Assembly: GCA_963765895.1 (NCBI GenBank)
Contig: CAVXZB010000080.1
Span: forward strand, 1-16,653
DNA length: 16,653 nt
Source of the DNA: an uncultured Nitrososphaeraceae archaeon
GTDB taxonomy: Archaea > Thermoproteota > Nitrososphaeria > Nitrososphaerales > Nitrososphaeraceae
Direction: 5' to 3'
Numbering within the stretch: the first letter of the stretch is position 1; each line of letters begins with the position of its first letter. The notes under the pieces are model-generated. The model did not search any database. It was not told the DNA's origin and worked only from the letters and a program-made list of their open reading frames with translations. This document shows positions 1 to 9,728 of this stretch, in pieces. Position numbers and translations under genes: made by a program.

Positions 1-103
1 TATGATTAATTTGTAGTATAAAATGTAGAAATTTATTTGATGTAGATGTAGATGTAGAAGTCAGAATGATTAAGATTGTAACCAAAATTATACCTGCGAC
101 CAT
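1..103 (-). CDS. Possible 5' end of a secreted/membrane-anchored protein running off the left edge
   Basis: ATG at 103 on the minus strand reads MVAGIILVTILIILTSTSTSTSNKFLHFILQINH, open to the window edge. It has a hydrophobic signal-like stretch followed by an ST repeat encoded by (GATGTA)3 at ~39-56. Not in the ORF track. Confidence 0.35.
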   Translation of the reverse strand, partial: MVAGIILVTILIILTSTSTSTSNKFLHFILQINH

Positions 104-943
104 ATGAATAGCGACATGAAATGTGGCATTATGAACTCATAGAATATACCAAGGTAGTTTCCTATATCTATTGAGTTGGCAATATGTATAGAAAGTAGGA
201 CCTTGGAGTGCCGCAACACCGTCTTCTCCACCATTGATGCCCTTGGTATTTTATAGCACTACTTAAGAGGTTGGAAATAACTCGCGTGAATCCTTCTCTA
301 TCTACCCCTCAACTATAATATCTTCCTTGTTATTGTCATATATCTATATCCATAACAATTGGCTGTTATAACATCCACTATAGAACGAAGGCTATAAGAA
401 TTGTATGTCCTTATTGCGAATGAAACTGAATAAAGCCGACTTATCAAAACATATAGATAGAATACACCTAGGAGGTGGACTTCTTGGTTGAGATATTGGA
501 GAGTAGTAACTGTTTTATTATGAACATTAAGAATAATGAGTTTTTTATTGTCTCCCACAGTGGTCAGGTAAATTGTACTATAATTAATGTCCAAATGTCT
601 ATACTTATGCTAAATGTGTAACTGAATGCTCATTCGTTACTAGTAGATGGTTACTTGTAATCTGTGAGATAATCATGTGACATAGAATGATAAGTGTTAC
701 TGAATGTAATCTAATTAAATAACTTTTTCAGGCAATATTAATGTATTGAAGAAGGAGATCACGTTCATTTCACAATTTATCAAACTCTTTCATAAATACC
801 ATGATATTAGTCGTGGTACACCTGATGGTATTAAACCTGAAACCTGAAACTGTGCTTAGCATAACTAGCAAAGGGAAGAATTTAAGTCCAGGACATTATC
901 GAATCACATATTCTAGACCATTTAAAAGTATTATTATTATAAT

Positions 944-959
944 GGCTCTGTTCACTTAA
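944..959 (+). repeat. IS terminal inverted repeat (transposase 3' end)
   Basis: GGCTCTGTTCACTTAA is the exact reverse complement of 1593-1608. Confidence 0.92.
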
Positions 960-1555
960 GCGGTTTTATGCTCTTGTTATGATAATCAATAAATAAATTC
1001 ATCCAATTTTTTACATGTTCTAGTTTGCAATTCCTCAATCTACAAGGAAAATAGTCATCAAAACATTCTGTTCTATCCTTTACATACTGTATTGTCCTTT
1101 CAATCAGACTTTTCTCCCATGAGGAATGAATATGGTGTCTTAGCTTTAGGTATCTACAGGCTTGTGGATACCATGTACCTCCATCTATGAAACTGGATGT
1201 TTTCCATGAACCTTCGCTAGATTGAAATAAACCTCTCTGCAATGAGCATGTTTCTTTCCTTTGATATAGATAGTGTTAGAATATTCCTGTTTTCTGGCTC
1301 AATAGCAACCCAGAGCCAGACATATTCAGAACCAACTTTAAGTAATGTTTCATGAACTATGTATTCTGATATCCTTTTGCTTTTTGATTATATCTTTATG
1401 GGATGATACTTTTGATCCAATTCCATATTGTTACATGGTTTCGTTTGATGCAATAAGACAATCGTTAACAGTTGCTTTCTAAGCGATAAGCCTGAAAAAT
1501 ACAAATACATGCCACAACATACGTATTCTGGAGGCGTTTTATTTCTAGTAAGCAC
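952..1555 (-). pseudogene. IS6-family DDE transposase, frameshifted
   Basis: Stitched across frames from GTG 1555: MLTRNKTPPEYVCCGMYLYFSGLSLRK / KRNHVTIWNWI / RISEYIVHETLLKVGSEYVWLWVAIEPENRNILTLSISKERNMLIAERFIS / LAKVHGKHPVS / DGGTWYPQACRYLKLRHHIHSSWEKSLIERTIQYVKDRTECFDDYFPC. At least 4 frameshifts. The first catalytic Asp (DET) reads HET at 1352-1354. Confidence 0.9.
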
Positions 1556-1592
1556 AAACGGAATAAGGCGTCTTCAAGCTATAGATTTATCG

Positions 1593-1608
1593 TTAAGTGA
1601 ACAGAGCC
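1593..1608 (-). repeat. IS terminal inverted repeat (transposase 5' end)
   Basis: TTAAGTGAACAGAGCC pairs with 944-959. Confidence 0.92.
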
Positions 1609-1609
1609 G

Positions 1610-1830
1610 GACAGAGTATCTGAAATTATGAACATACTAGAGGAAAATGGTCTTATTGAATCGATTAAAACTTCTTCTGAATCCACATTCTATCGCGTTA
1701 CTAACAAGGGAGTCAATGCGTATCAAAATGGGTTAAGGACTTTTTAGATTTTACTAGATTCACTCATAATAAACTAGACGAGAACAAAGAAAAGGGTACA
1801 TATCCTAATAGTTGTTTATTGCTACTATAG
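1610..1830 (+). pseudogene. 3' half of a winged-helix DNA-binding protein, truncated by the IS
   Basis: Directly after the TIR the frame reads DRVSEIMNILEENGLIESIKTSSESTFYRVTNKGVNAYQ / WVKDFLDFTRF. The LEENGLI...YxVTxKG pattern is the recognition helix + wing of wHTH proteins. One frameshift near 1728, no N-terminus. Confidence 0.7.
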
Positions 1831-2388
1831 CCATTGTAGTCGAATATTACCATATATAGAACTAAGAACAATACAACTGTTAAAAAGTGTTGATTGTAAA
1901 TGCCTACGACTGCAACTAATACAGAATTCAACTTATATCTTGTTATGTCTTTTAATATATAGAAGAGTGTAAATACACCAACTAATTTAGTATACCGCCA
2001 TAATATTTTGCTACATCTTAAAGAAACTAATTAATGCAACTGTAGACATCATACAACTTTATAGTGTTTTAACATCTTATTTCTTCATCAAACTATTAGC
2101 TATCATCTATAGTAATGATATCCATTTCATTTAATATAAGCATCAGCGCCAATGATAACTCATGGAAAAGGGGCTAGTTGTCTACCGCATCATGAGCAAG
2201 AAATCTGGGAGGTAAGAAGGCAGCACATGGGCCTTCCACCATGCGTGGCTGTAAACTAAACCTGGCGATAAATATCAAGAACGCAGCTGTAATTTTTATA
2301 AATAAGTAATACAACGCATTTGTCCAAAATTCAATGTATTTTAAAAGCTTTAGAGACTCTGAAAATGGAGTAGTAAAATCATCCTATG

Positions 2389-3042
2389 CTAATAATTCTC
2401 ACAATCATTGGTCTTTGTATCTCCTTCTGAGGGATGATAATCTCTTATCGTATCATTTCCAAGACCACAGTCGAAATAGTCTGCACCTGGTCCACCAATA
2501 AGAATATCATTCCCTGGTCCACCAAAGAGTCTATCGTATCCAGCATCACCGTATATAATGTTGTTACCTGATCTGCCTACAAGTATGTCATTCCCAAGAC
2601 CTCCACATATTACATTATCATCAGTATGATCATCGCTACCGCCTAATATAGATACAATATTATTGCTGTGATCCTCTTCTAAGCCGCTAGAAGCCATTCT
2701 CCCAACAGCATTAGAACTACTACTTGGTACTATGCTATTAGCAGAATCACTCCCGATCCCTGATATAATATATCTACTACTATTTCCATTGTTATTTTGG
2801 CTCAGATCTGTGACTGTAGAAGATATTCCGATATCATTGCAAGAAGATGTTGTTATTCTATATCTAACCTTTCCTATAAAATCGTCAATAGTACCATTGG
2901 TTTGGTTTCCTAGACTATTTTCATTATTATTTGCGATGACGCTAGTCGTATGCAATCCGTATAAATCCATCATAATAACTATTAGTAAAATCAAAGTAAA
3001 TATAACGAGAATTGCATTTCTCGGCCGACTCGGATTAGGCAT
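2389..3042 (-). CDS. Secreted RTX/hemolysin-type calcium-binding repeat protein
   Basis: N-terminal hydrophobic segment (AILVIFTLILLIVIMM), Ser/Asn-rich linker, then tandem GGxGxD nonapeptides (GGLGNDILV, GDAGYDRLF, GGPGNDILI, GGPGADYFD, CGLGNDTIR). Confidence 0.9.
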   Translation of the reverse strand: MPNPSRPRNAILVIFTLILLIVIMMDLYGLHTTSVIANNNENSLGNQTNGTIDDFIGKVRYRITTSSCNDIGISSTVTDLSQNNNGNSSRYIISGIGSDSANSIVPSSSSNAVGRMASSGLEEDHSNNIVSILGGSDDHTDDNVICGGLGNDILVGRSGNNIIYGDAGYDRLFGGPGNDILIGGPGADYFDCGLGNDTIRDYHPSEGDTKTNDCENY

Positions 3043-3761
3043 ACATTATTCTTCTATTAATAAATTATATAACTCTCTCATATTTTAATTTACGAGGTTT
3101 ATAGCCATACAATTGTTACTCATGCATATACGCTCAAGTTGAGAGAAAGCTCGGTCAGGTAGTGATTATAATTGGCATGTAAAAATATTAAAAGACACAT
3201 ATTGAATGTTACAGGCAATTACAAATACATTTAATAGTACGCTTGACACAAGTTATCATACACAATTTCACATACTAAATGATAATGCAAAAAATAATGA
3301 CAACTTGAGAATAGTAGCTAAGAATAGGTAATAACTAATAATACGAGTCAACTGCCCATGATAATTCTTCTCTTTGATACAAGGTTTTAAAATACATCTA
3401 CATTCGTTATCACAAGATTAGTTCGAAAAAGAATCAGCTTAGATTAATGACTTGGTCCTTATTGTATTATATAGATGAATACTATGTAAATTCGACATTC
3501 CAATTTAACAAAATTTATTTCTTAAAGCAGGCTAATCAGGTAATTTTATTTTCAGAGTCATTGAGTGATTGTAAGCTACGCAAACAATTGGCATTCTTAT
3601 GCAGTACAGACAAATATTAAAAGAATTATGAAAAAAATATAGTGAATATATGTTCAATATGTCTTAATGTATTTACAAGGTATACCTAAATCAAATCACA
3701 TTATTATAGTAATCATGAAAAATTGTTATCTATTTATGTCTAGCCTAGAGAGAGTTTTTAA

Positions 3762-4652
3762 TTATATGTAAACATTTTCCCATACTAATTTTCCAAGCTT
3801 GTTAAGAGCCTGCTTCAATGGCTGATTTGTACTATAAACTATAAGTGTATGATCTCCTGTTTTCTGGTCAGGCCAAAAACCTCCAGGACAATATTTACAT
3901 GTAGCATAATGAAAATTAAAGGTATCCAGTATTTTAAATCCATTTTTTGGAAATTGTTCTTTGTAATATCCAAGCCATCCAGGGTGTATTCCACCATCAT
4001 TATCTTTGTTATTTGCTACCTGACTAGTAGGAGTGTAAAAGCCACCCATTATTAGATTTCCAACTGATTTTTGAGGATTAGAAACAACAGATAGGTTTCC
4101 TTTCATCCAAGGATATTTTGTATCTTGTATTGTATATTGTCCTACTGGCAAGACTTTCGCTGTCGAACTATTTGTGTAATCTAATTTACCTGTGGTATAG
4201 ACAATATTGTTGGAGCTATCCATGATGTTTATTGTGTGAGGATGTGGTGTGTCCCATGGAGCATCAGCATCAAGAAAAGATATAGCTGTTCCTTGCTGTA
4301 TTACTAGGTTCATTGGGAGATAGATGGGATTATGATCACTAATGTATTTGTGCCTCTCATTAACTGCATCTTCATGTGCTTCGTCTACTATATACCAGAT
4401 AAATGTTCCAACTGATTGTGGCACTATCATTGATTGTGATTGATACACTGATTGGGCAGTAGTAGAAGTAGTAGGAATTTTATCTGTAGTATTTGTACCA
4501 GTTGTTATTTTGTTCATCACCGTATTCTTTTCTTGTTTTGCAATTGCTATAATATTTGACTGTAATGAGGTTGTTATTGTTACGACAAGTATAGATGAGA
4601 AGATCACAATTAATATAACATACGAAGTTGACACCCTAAACAAGTTTTTCAT
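3762..4652 (-). CDS. Secreted/membrane-anchored cupredoxin-like protein with extra C-terminal CxxC domain
   Basis: Intact 296-aa ORF with N-terminal TM/signal and Thr-rich linker. Cupredoxin-like pattern P.NLVIQQGTAISF.DAD...PHTI...GQYTIQDTKYPWMKGNLSV. C-terminal part contains HYATCKYCPG. Confidence 0.75.
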   Translation of the reverse strand: MKNLFRVSTSYVILIVIFSSILVVTITTSLQSNIIAIAKQEKNTVMNKITTGTNTTDKIPTTSTTAQSVYQSQSMIVPQSVGTFIWYIVDEAHEDAVNERHKYISDHNPIYLPMNLVIQQGTAISFLDADAPWDTPHPHTINIMDSSNNIVYTTGKLDYTNSSTAKVLPVGQYTIQDTKYPWMKGNLSVVSNPQKSVGNLIMGGFYTPTSQVANNKDNDGGIHPGWLGYYKEQFPKNGFKILDTFNFHYATCKYCPGGFWPDQKTGDHTLIVYSTNQPLKQALNKLGKLVWENVYI

Positions 4653-5020
4653 GGATCATTTATTTTCTAGGTATTAAAATATTTTTGGGTATAAATATCA
4701 ATTGTGTTAAGTTAATATCCTTTTCACTTGTTATTAAGAACTTGATAATATTTATTTTAAATCGTCGTTTTTGATAAATTATACAAAAAGTTATGAATAA
4801 TATCAGCTAAGGGTAAAAATCACAGATTGCAACAACGATAATCAACTCCCTTCTTCCGATCCAATAATAATAGTCATGATGAAATTCAGTGTTTAAGCGT
4901 ATTATCAACCTATGTCAACTAGGACATCAAGAGACTTTGGCATCTCATTTCAGAGTTGTACTATGTATTTATTGATTTTTGATAGTATATAACACAATTA
5001 TTAGAGTTAGGACTGTAATT

Positions 5021-5239
5021 TTATACCAATTCTTTTTTGTGGCCCGCACATTCAACACAAACAATAATTCTGTTAGTGCTGCTGTCGCCCTTTGCTTGGT
5101 AATCGATAACTCTACGACAATCATAACATTGCAATGTAGTTACACATGATTTATGAAATGTCCTGCCATCAGCAAAAATTGTGGGCTGAGATACATTGAT
5201 TAATAGTCAGCATTCATAACAGTGAATACCTTCTTCCAT
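5021..5239 (-). pseudogene. Small LIM-like double zinc-finger protein with one in-frame TGA
   Basis: ATG 5239 to TAA 5021: MEEGIHCYEC*LLINVSQPTIFADGRTFHKSCVTTLQCYDCRRVIDYQAKGDSSTNRIIVCVECAGHKKELV. Eight ligands: CxxC-x18-HxxC-x5-CxxC-x19-CxxC. TGA at 5207-5209. TATA-like TATATTATATAA just upstream. Confidence 0.75.
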
Positions 5240-5675
5240 ATCTATGGTATTATATAATATATACCCCTTCATATCATGCGGCTTGTCCAATAAATGCGTA
5301 TACATAAATGGTAGCAAGCTTGATCTAATATAGATAGAATAGCAACAACTAAACTAAGCAATTTGTTATTGTATCCAGGGACCAAACTCCTATCCTGTCA
5401 TACAGCTAAGTTGGACACATAATTTTTCTTTATCCTCAATTAGCTCACTTTTTTCGAAAATAAATATTGCATACATTGTAATAGACGTAGCTACTTTTAA
5501 TATAATATCCTGGTTATCAAAATTGACTATCTCATTCTTAAAGTAATTAGAATATCCTAGTATAAAGTTACAGCACTAACATCCTTAAATCTAATATAGT
5601 AAGCAGTAGTCAAAATGTAGTCCTACGAAATATCATCATAGCCGTCATAAAAGTGCAATTATTCTATGGTCAGGT

Positions 5676-5975
5676 GTGACTATTTCTTTTCTACTGTTAT
5701 TAACAGGTGTATTATTATTGTCAAAAGGATCTAAAGTAAATGAAGCCACAGCTAAAATATGTACTAACGAGAATATCGGTAAGTCTGCGACATCGTCATG
5801 TGGATCGCAAGTAGAATCAATCACGTTTATTTCGTCCTCGCCAGGTAACAATGTAAAGACAAAAGCAAACGCCGGAGATATATTAACGACACACACAAAC
5901 TCGAAAAGTTCTAATTCTGGAGGTAATGGCAGAGGTTCACAAAATGACATCCCGTTTGCTCTACCTTTCCCATAA
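5676..5975 (+). CDS. Small secreted hypothetical protein
   Basis: Hydrophobic N-terminus (ISFLLLLTGVLLL), two Cys, Ser/Gly/Asn-rich body and a hydrophobic Pro-rich tail IPFALPFP. The GTG start is uncertain because the frame is open back to 5610. Confidence 0.6.
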   Translation: MTISFLLLLTGVLLLSKGSKVNEATAKICTNENIGKSATSSCGSQVESITFISSSPGNNVKTKANAGDILTTHTNSKSSNSGGNGRGSQNDIPFALPFP

Positions 5976-6383
5976 ATATTTAAAATAATTTGTGAGTGTG
6001 AATCTCTCTTTTGGTATAGCCACAAATTCTGGTTATATCCTAACGCTATTTGCCGGAATTTCCTTTCATACCATTTGATAATTTCGATTAATGTAGTTTT
6101 ACTATATTGGATTAGGTTATTATTTTGATTTTGATATGTATATCCCCATAGAACCAAATCAAACCTAAAAAGAAAATGCTTATTACGATTCTGAATATCC
6201 TGTTGATGGCATAGCGCTTTGCTATTTGTAATCAATAAAATATACAAAAGTGTAAAAGAAGAGAGATAAGTTTGCAACAGTTGCACTACCACATTGGCCA
6301 CTTTCGATGGAGTTATACAGCTTTGGGAAGATCATTTTATCTCCTTAGTTTAGATTATCCCGCATTCGCGAAACTAATTTCAT

Positions 6384-7328
6384 TCAATTGAAGAAACTAA
6401 CATAATCTCTGACAAATTGTTCAAATGATATCGTCTTTCGTCTTGTAATTTGTTCAATTAGCAGTAGTCATTGCGATGCATAACCAGATCTAATAACATT
6501 ATATATCTCCAATCAAAGCATCAACAAGCCAATCCTCCATTCCTAGTTTTCTTCATTGCATTGCGGGCGTCTTCGTCCGATACGTTTACATAAGATATTC
6601 TTCTACCAAGAATATTAGAAAGAATTTCTGCTGACTTGACTATACTGATAATTGCTTCGTTGCCAGTAATATCATATTTTTTATTCTCATATTGTTGTTT
6701 GCTTTTGGTTCCGTTATTTTTAGCCGATAGTATCTCTGTAAGCTACAGCTGCAATATCTCTAACATCTACAAAACTAACTTTTCCTTCTCCTGCAGGAAG
6801 ATAAAAAGCATTTTGAGTTTTAATTGTTTGGCCAAAAAAATTTATGAAGTTTTGCATAAATGCACCTGCGCGTAGGAAAGTGTATGGTATTCCAGATTCT
6901 TCTATAATTTTTTCTTCTTGTCGATGCATACGTCCGATCATAATTCCAGGTTCAGCATCAGCATCTAATACAGACAACTTCACTATATGTTTAATGTCAT
7001 TTTTCTTTGCTTCTTTTATTAGACTTGATGCGATTTCAGTCATGTTGGGCGTAGGTAACGTTAGTAAGAAGAGTTTATCTATTCCGTTTAATGGAATCAA
7101 CAATAATTTCTTGTTTATCATAATCCATATTAACAATCTCAACTGTTTTATTTTCAATTCTGAGTTTATCTGCTTTATTTTTCGAACGGAGAACTGCTCT
7201 AATTCGACTATCTGATAGAAAGAGATGATGGCGATGTGAAGCTGTTTTACTACTTCAGTTCCAACGGTTCCAGCTTGCACCTGTAACCAAAATCGTGGTT
7301 TCATTATTTTTAGTAGGTAGTCAGTCAT
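6384..7328 (-). pseudogene. NmrA-like / atypical SDR NAD(P)-binding protein, multiply frameshifted
   Basis: Rossmann motif TILVTGA/AGTVG is split by a frameshift. Core reads GIDKLFLLT..HIVKLS..HRQEEKIIEESGIPYTFLR..FMQNF..GKVSFVDVRDIAAVA. The C-terminus continues in other frames (YDITGNEAIS, LGRRISYVNVSDEDAR, EQFVRDYVSFFN*) to TGA at 6384-6386. Confidence 0.9.
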
Positions 7329-7429
7329 GTACGTATTAATACAGCGAATATTATACTTAAGTCTAGTAGTAACAGTAGGTTGTTAAGTAGATAACCGTTC
7401 TATAAGATAACAAGAATACATCCTAACAC

Positions 7430-7826
7430 TTGCATTACACATTGGTCCTGCCCCTGGAATGGAGTTACTCAGCCTAGCAAAGACCATTTTGTCCTCCTAA
7501 TCTAGGGAATTGCAGTATTATTAAGTTACTACTCCCAAGTGTTTAATTATGTGGAAATTGATTCTTCTTTTTATAGGATTCCTAATGCATTTATGGTAAA
7601 GAATTGTGTGCAATAGTACTTGAACCATTTTAGATTTACTGCCAAATTTCCAAAAGTTATAACTCATGATAAACGACTGAGGGGATGTAGAAAAAGAGAT
7701 AGAATTATTCTTTTCTTCCATGATTTACCTTGAAGACAAGGATTTAGCTTTATTGATACAGTTACCACCTTCGATGGGCATAGCTGAAGGTATGAATGGT
7801 CTAAGAGATATTATACCTGATTACAT
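7430..7826 (+). pseudogene. DUF72 (YecE-like) protein, N-terminal half
   Basis: Reads WSYSA*QRPFCPPNL / LSYYSQVFNYVEIDSSFYRIPNAFMVKN..FRFTAKFPKVITHDKRL / DVEKEIELFFSSMIYLEDKDLALLIQLPPS. These match the DUF72 motifs GWSY, VE(I)xSxFY, FxxKxPxxITH and LxQLPPS. Missed by the ORF track. Confidence 0.88.
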
Positions 7827-8185
7827 GAACGACGAAGACAGATAATACTACATTCCTTCAGACGTTATGTCAAAACTACTATATCTGATCTTGGCTACGC
7901 TGATTACTCTGAATATTTTATAGGACACTCTAATTCAACATACTGGCGCAAAAAGGATTCAGAGAAAGCTGAAATATTTCTTAAGATAGAACCTTATTTT
8001 AACTATCCTTAATGTCCATCAACTAGAAAAGATAGGGTGCAGATATACAGAGCAAAGGCGGAAAATTAGAACAACTGAATCAATCAATGAGAGATCGTGA
8101 TAAAATGAAAGATGAGGCTATAGCACACTTATCAGACCAACTTACTTCATTATCGGCTAGGTTGTAAGAGGTTGAAAAAAGATAG
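7827..8185 (+). pseudogene. Tyrosine recombinase/integrase, C-terminal remnant
   Basis: ERRRQIILHSFRRYVKTTISDLGYADYSEYFIGHSNSTYWRKKDSEKAEIF carries the HxxR box and GH...Y catalytic tyrosine. It is followed by a coiled-coil tail (LEQLNQSMRDRDKMKDEAIAHLSDQL) with frameshifts and an internal TAA at 8165. No N-terminus. Confidence 0.85.
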
Positions 8186-8434
8186 GCTGGTGGCGCGCGC
8201 CCGTTGAGGTTATGCTGTGAAGAGATATATTAAATTTAAAGTGCGAGCATGAAGTGAGTTTTTCCCGTCACGGCATTTTACTACGACTGTTACTATATTT
8301 ACTTCTGCATCTGAAGCAAAAATCTGAGCATATGCATTTTCGATATAATGTTAGATAGGTGGCTCAAACATCTCCCAAACGATTTGTTTATTATTGTCAT
8401 TATTAGTGTATTCTATGCTGAGGCGATTTCAAAA

Positions 8435-9217
8435 ATGGTTGAAATAACAAAAAAAGCACATTCAATAGATGGGTTTACCCATCCTTTTCCAGGTGGAAAG
8501 GTTGTTCCTTATTTATTTATAGAAAATATAGATGATTATGATTTGACCTTAATTGATCCTTCATTCCTTCCGCAACTGCCAATACTGGAGGAGTATATAC
8601 ATAATTTAGGCTTCAAGATGAAAGATATAAAGCGTATTATTTTAACTCACCTGCATATTGATCATGCACAAGCCGCTAATGAGATAAGAAATAGAACAGG
8701 CGCTAAAATTTATTCTCATTGGATCGAGGCAGGATACTTAGCCCATAATCCACCATATCCTGGTCCCCCAACTACTAAAGGAATACAAAATATACTCGAA
8801 AAGTCTGGACTTTCGGTAGAAGAATTAACTAAGAAATTTGGAAGTATGACATTAGAGCCTATAATTGTAGATAATCAAGTCTCAGATGGAGACATGATTG
8901 GAAGTCTTAAGGTCATTCATACGCCAGGACACACACCAGGTCACATATCACTATATTATGGCGAAGATAGAATCATATTTGGAGCAGACAGTATCTATAA
9001 GAATGTATTTGGAGCAGATCATATGTATATTGCTCCAGCTATTGTATCAATAGATCCAGTAACAGCTGTGGTCTCTGCACAAAGGCTTTCTAAGATTAAG
9101 TTTGATAAATTGTTGATGTCTCATCAAGATTCGCCCTTAGTAGAAAGGGCAAATGAAACTGTAGAACAACTTGTTTCAAATACTATTGCACAAATAAAAT
9201 CTCAAAACAACACATAA
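8435..9217 (+). CDS. Metallo-beta-lactamase-fold hydrolase (glyoxalase II-like)
   Basis: THLHIDH (HxHxDH), HTPGHTPGH, GAD and SH metal-ligand motifs in an intact ORF. ATG 8435 (MVEITKK) is preferred over 8348 because the extra 29 aa look non-coding. Confidence 0.92.
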   Translation: MVEITKKAHSIDGFTHPFPGGKVVPYLFIENIDDYDLTLIDPSFLPQLPILEEYIHNLGFKMKDIKRIILTHLHIDHAQAANEIRNRTGAKIYSHWIEAGYLAHNPPYPGPPTTKGIQNILEKSGLSVEELTKKFGSMTLEPIIVDNQVSDGDMIGSLKVIHTPGHTPGHISLYYGEDRIIFGADSIYKNVFGADHMYIAPAIVSIDPVTAVVSAQRLSKIKFDKLLMSHQDSPLVERANETVEQLVSNTIAQIKSQNNT

Positions 9218-9360
9218 AAAGTGAATCGCTAGTGACTCGAGCGTAATTTTCGTCAGCTCTAACAGGACTAGAGATGTATCAAGGTGTTAGCAGATATCAC
9301 AGACAAAGAGACTAGACACGAAATGAATAAGAATAAGATTAAAAGTTGATATGTATGCCT

Positions 9361-9384
9361 AATTCCAATTCCAACTCCAACTCC
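9361..9384 (+). repeat. (AAYTCC)4 hexamer repeat
   Basis: aattcc aattcc aactcc aactcc, encoding NSNSNSNS. Confidence 0.75.
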
Positions 9385-9668
9385 ATTCCATAAGTGATGA
9401 CAATAGCAAGAGTAAGAATCATGTGCAACATTTACAAAACTCTTCTTTTACAGTTATGGATATGCTAACTCATGGCCAGTTGAGCCAGGCTATTTACATT
9501 GTTGCAAAGTTTCGAATAGCTGATTATCTAAAAAATGGTCCCAAAAGTGTTGAAGAATTAGCAGAGCAGTCTAAAACACATCCTGATTCTCTTTATAGAT
9601 TATTACGCATGCTAGCAAGTGTAGGAATATTTACTGAAACTGAGGAGGAAGAAGGAGAGAAGGAAGTC

Positions 9669-9728
<60 letters not shown>

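Larger units (their letters stand above)
944..1608 (-). mobile_element. IS6-family insertion sequence (665 bp), defective
   Basis: Perfect 16-bp terminal inverted repeats, GGCTCTGTTCACTTAA (944-959) and TTAAGTGAACAGAGCC (1593-1608), enclose a DDE transposase. GG-starting TIRs and a stop codon inside the TIR fit IS6. No flanking target duplication. Confidence 0.9.

Noticed and set aside
313-594. 93-aa minus-strand ORF
   Set aside because: No recognisable motif and composition typical of AT-rich non-coding DNA.
722-943. Two frames joined by a 7-bp tandem duplication (AAACCTG)2
   Set aside because: No start codon or recognisable family, so a gene cannot be supported.
2732-3088. 118-aa plus-strand ORF
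   Set aside because: Antisense shadow of the RTX-repeat gene.
3849-4055. 68-aa plus-strand ORF
   Set aside because: Antisense shadow of the cupredoxin-like gene.
5645-6301. 218-aa minus-strand ORF
   Set aside because: Overlaps the more plausible secreted ORF 5676-5975 on the opposite strand and has no motifs. Not fully excluded.
6636-7215. Plus-strand ORFs 6636-6875 and 6844-7215
   Set aside because: Antisense to the NmrA-like pseudogene.
7521-7721. 66-aa minus-strand ORF
   Set aside because: Antisense to the DUF72 N-terminal remnant.
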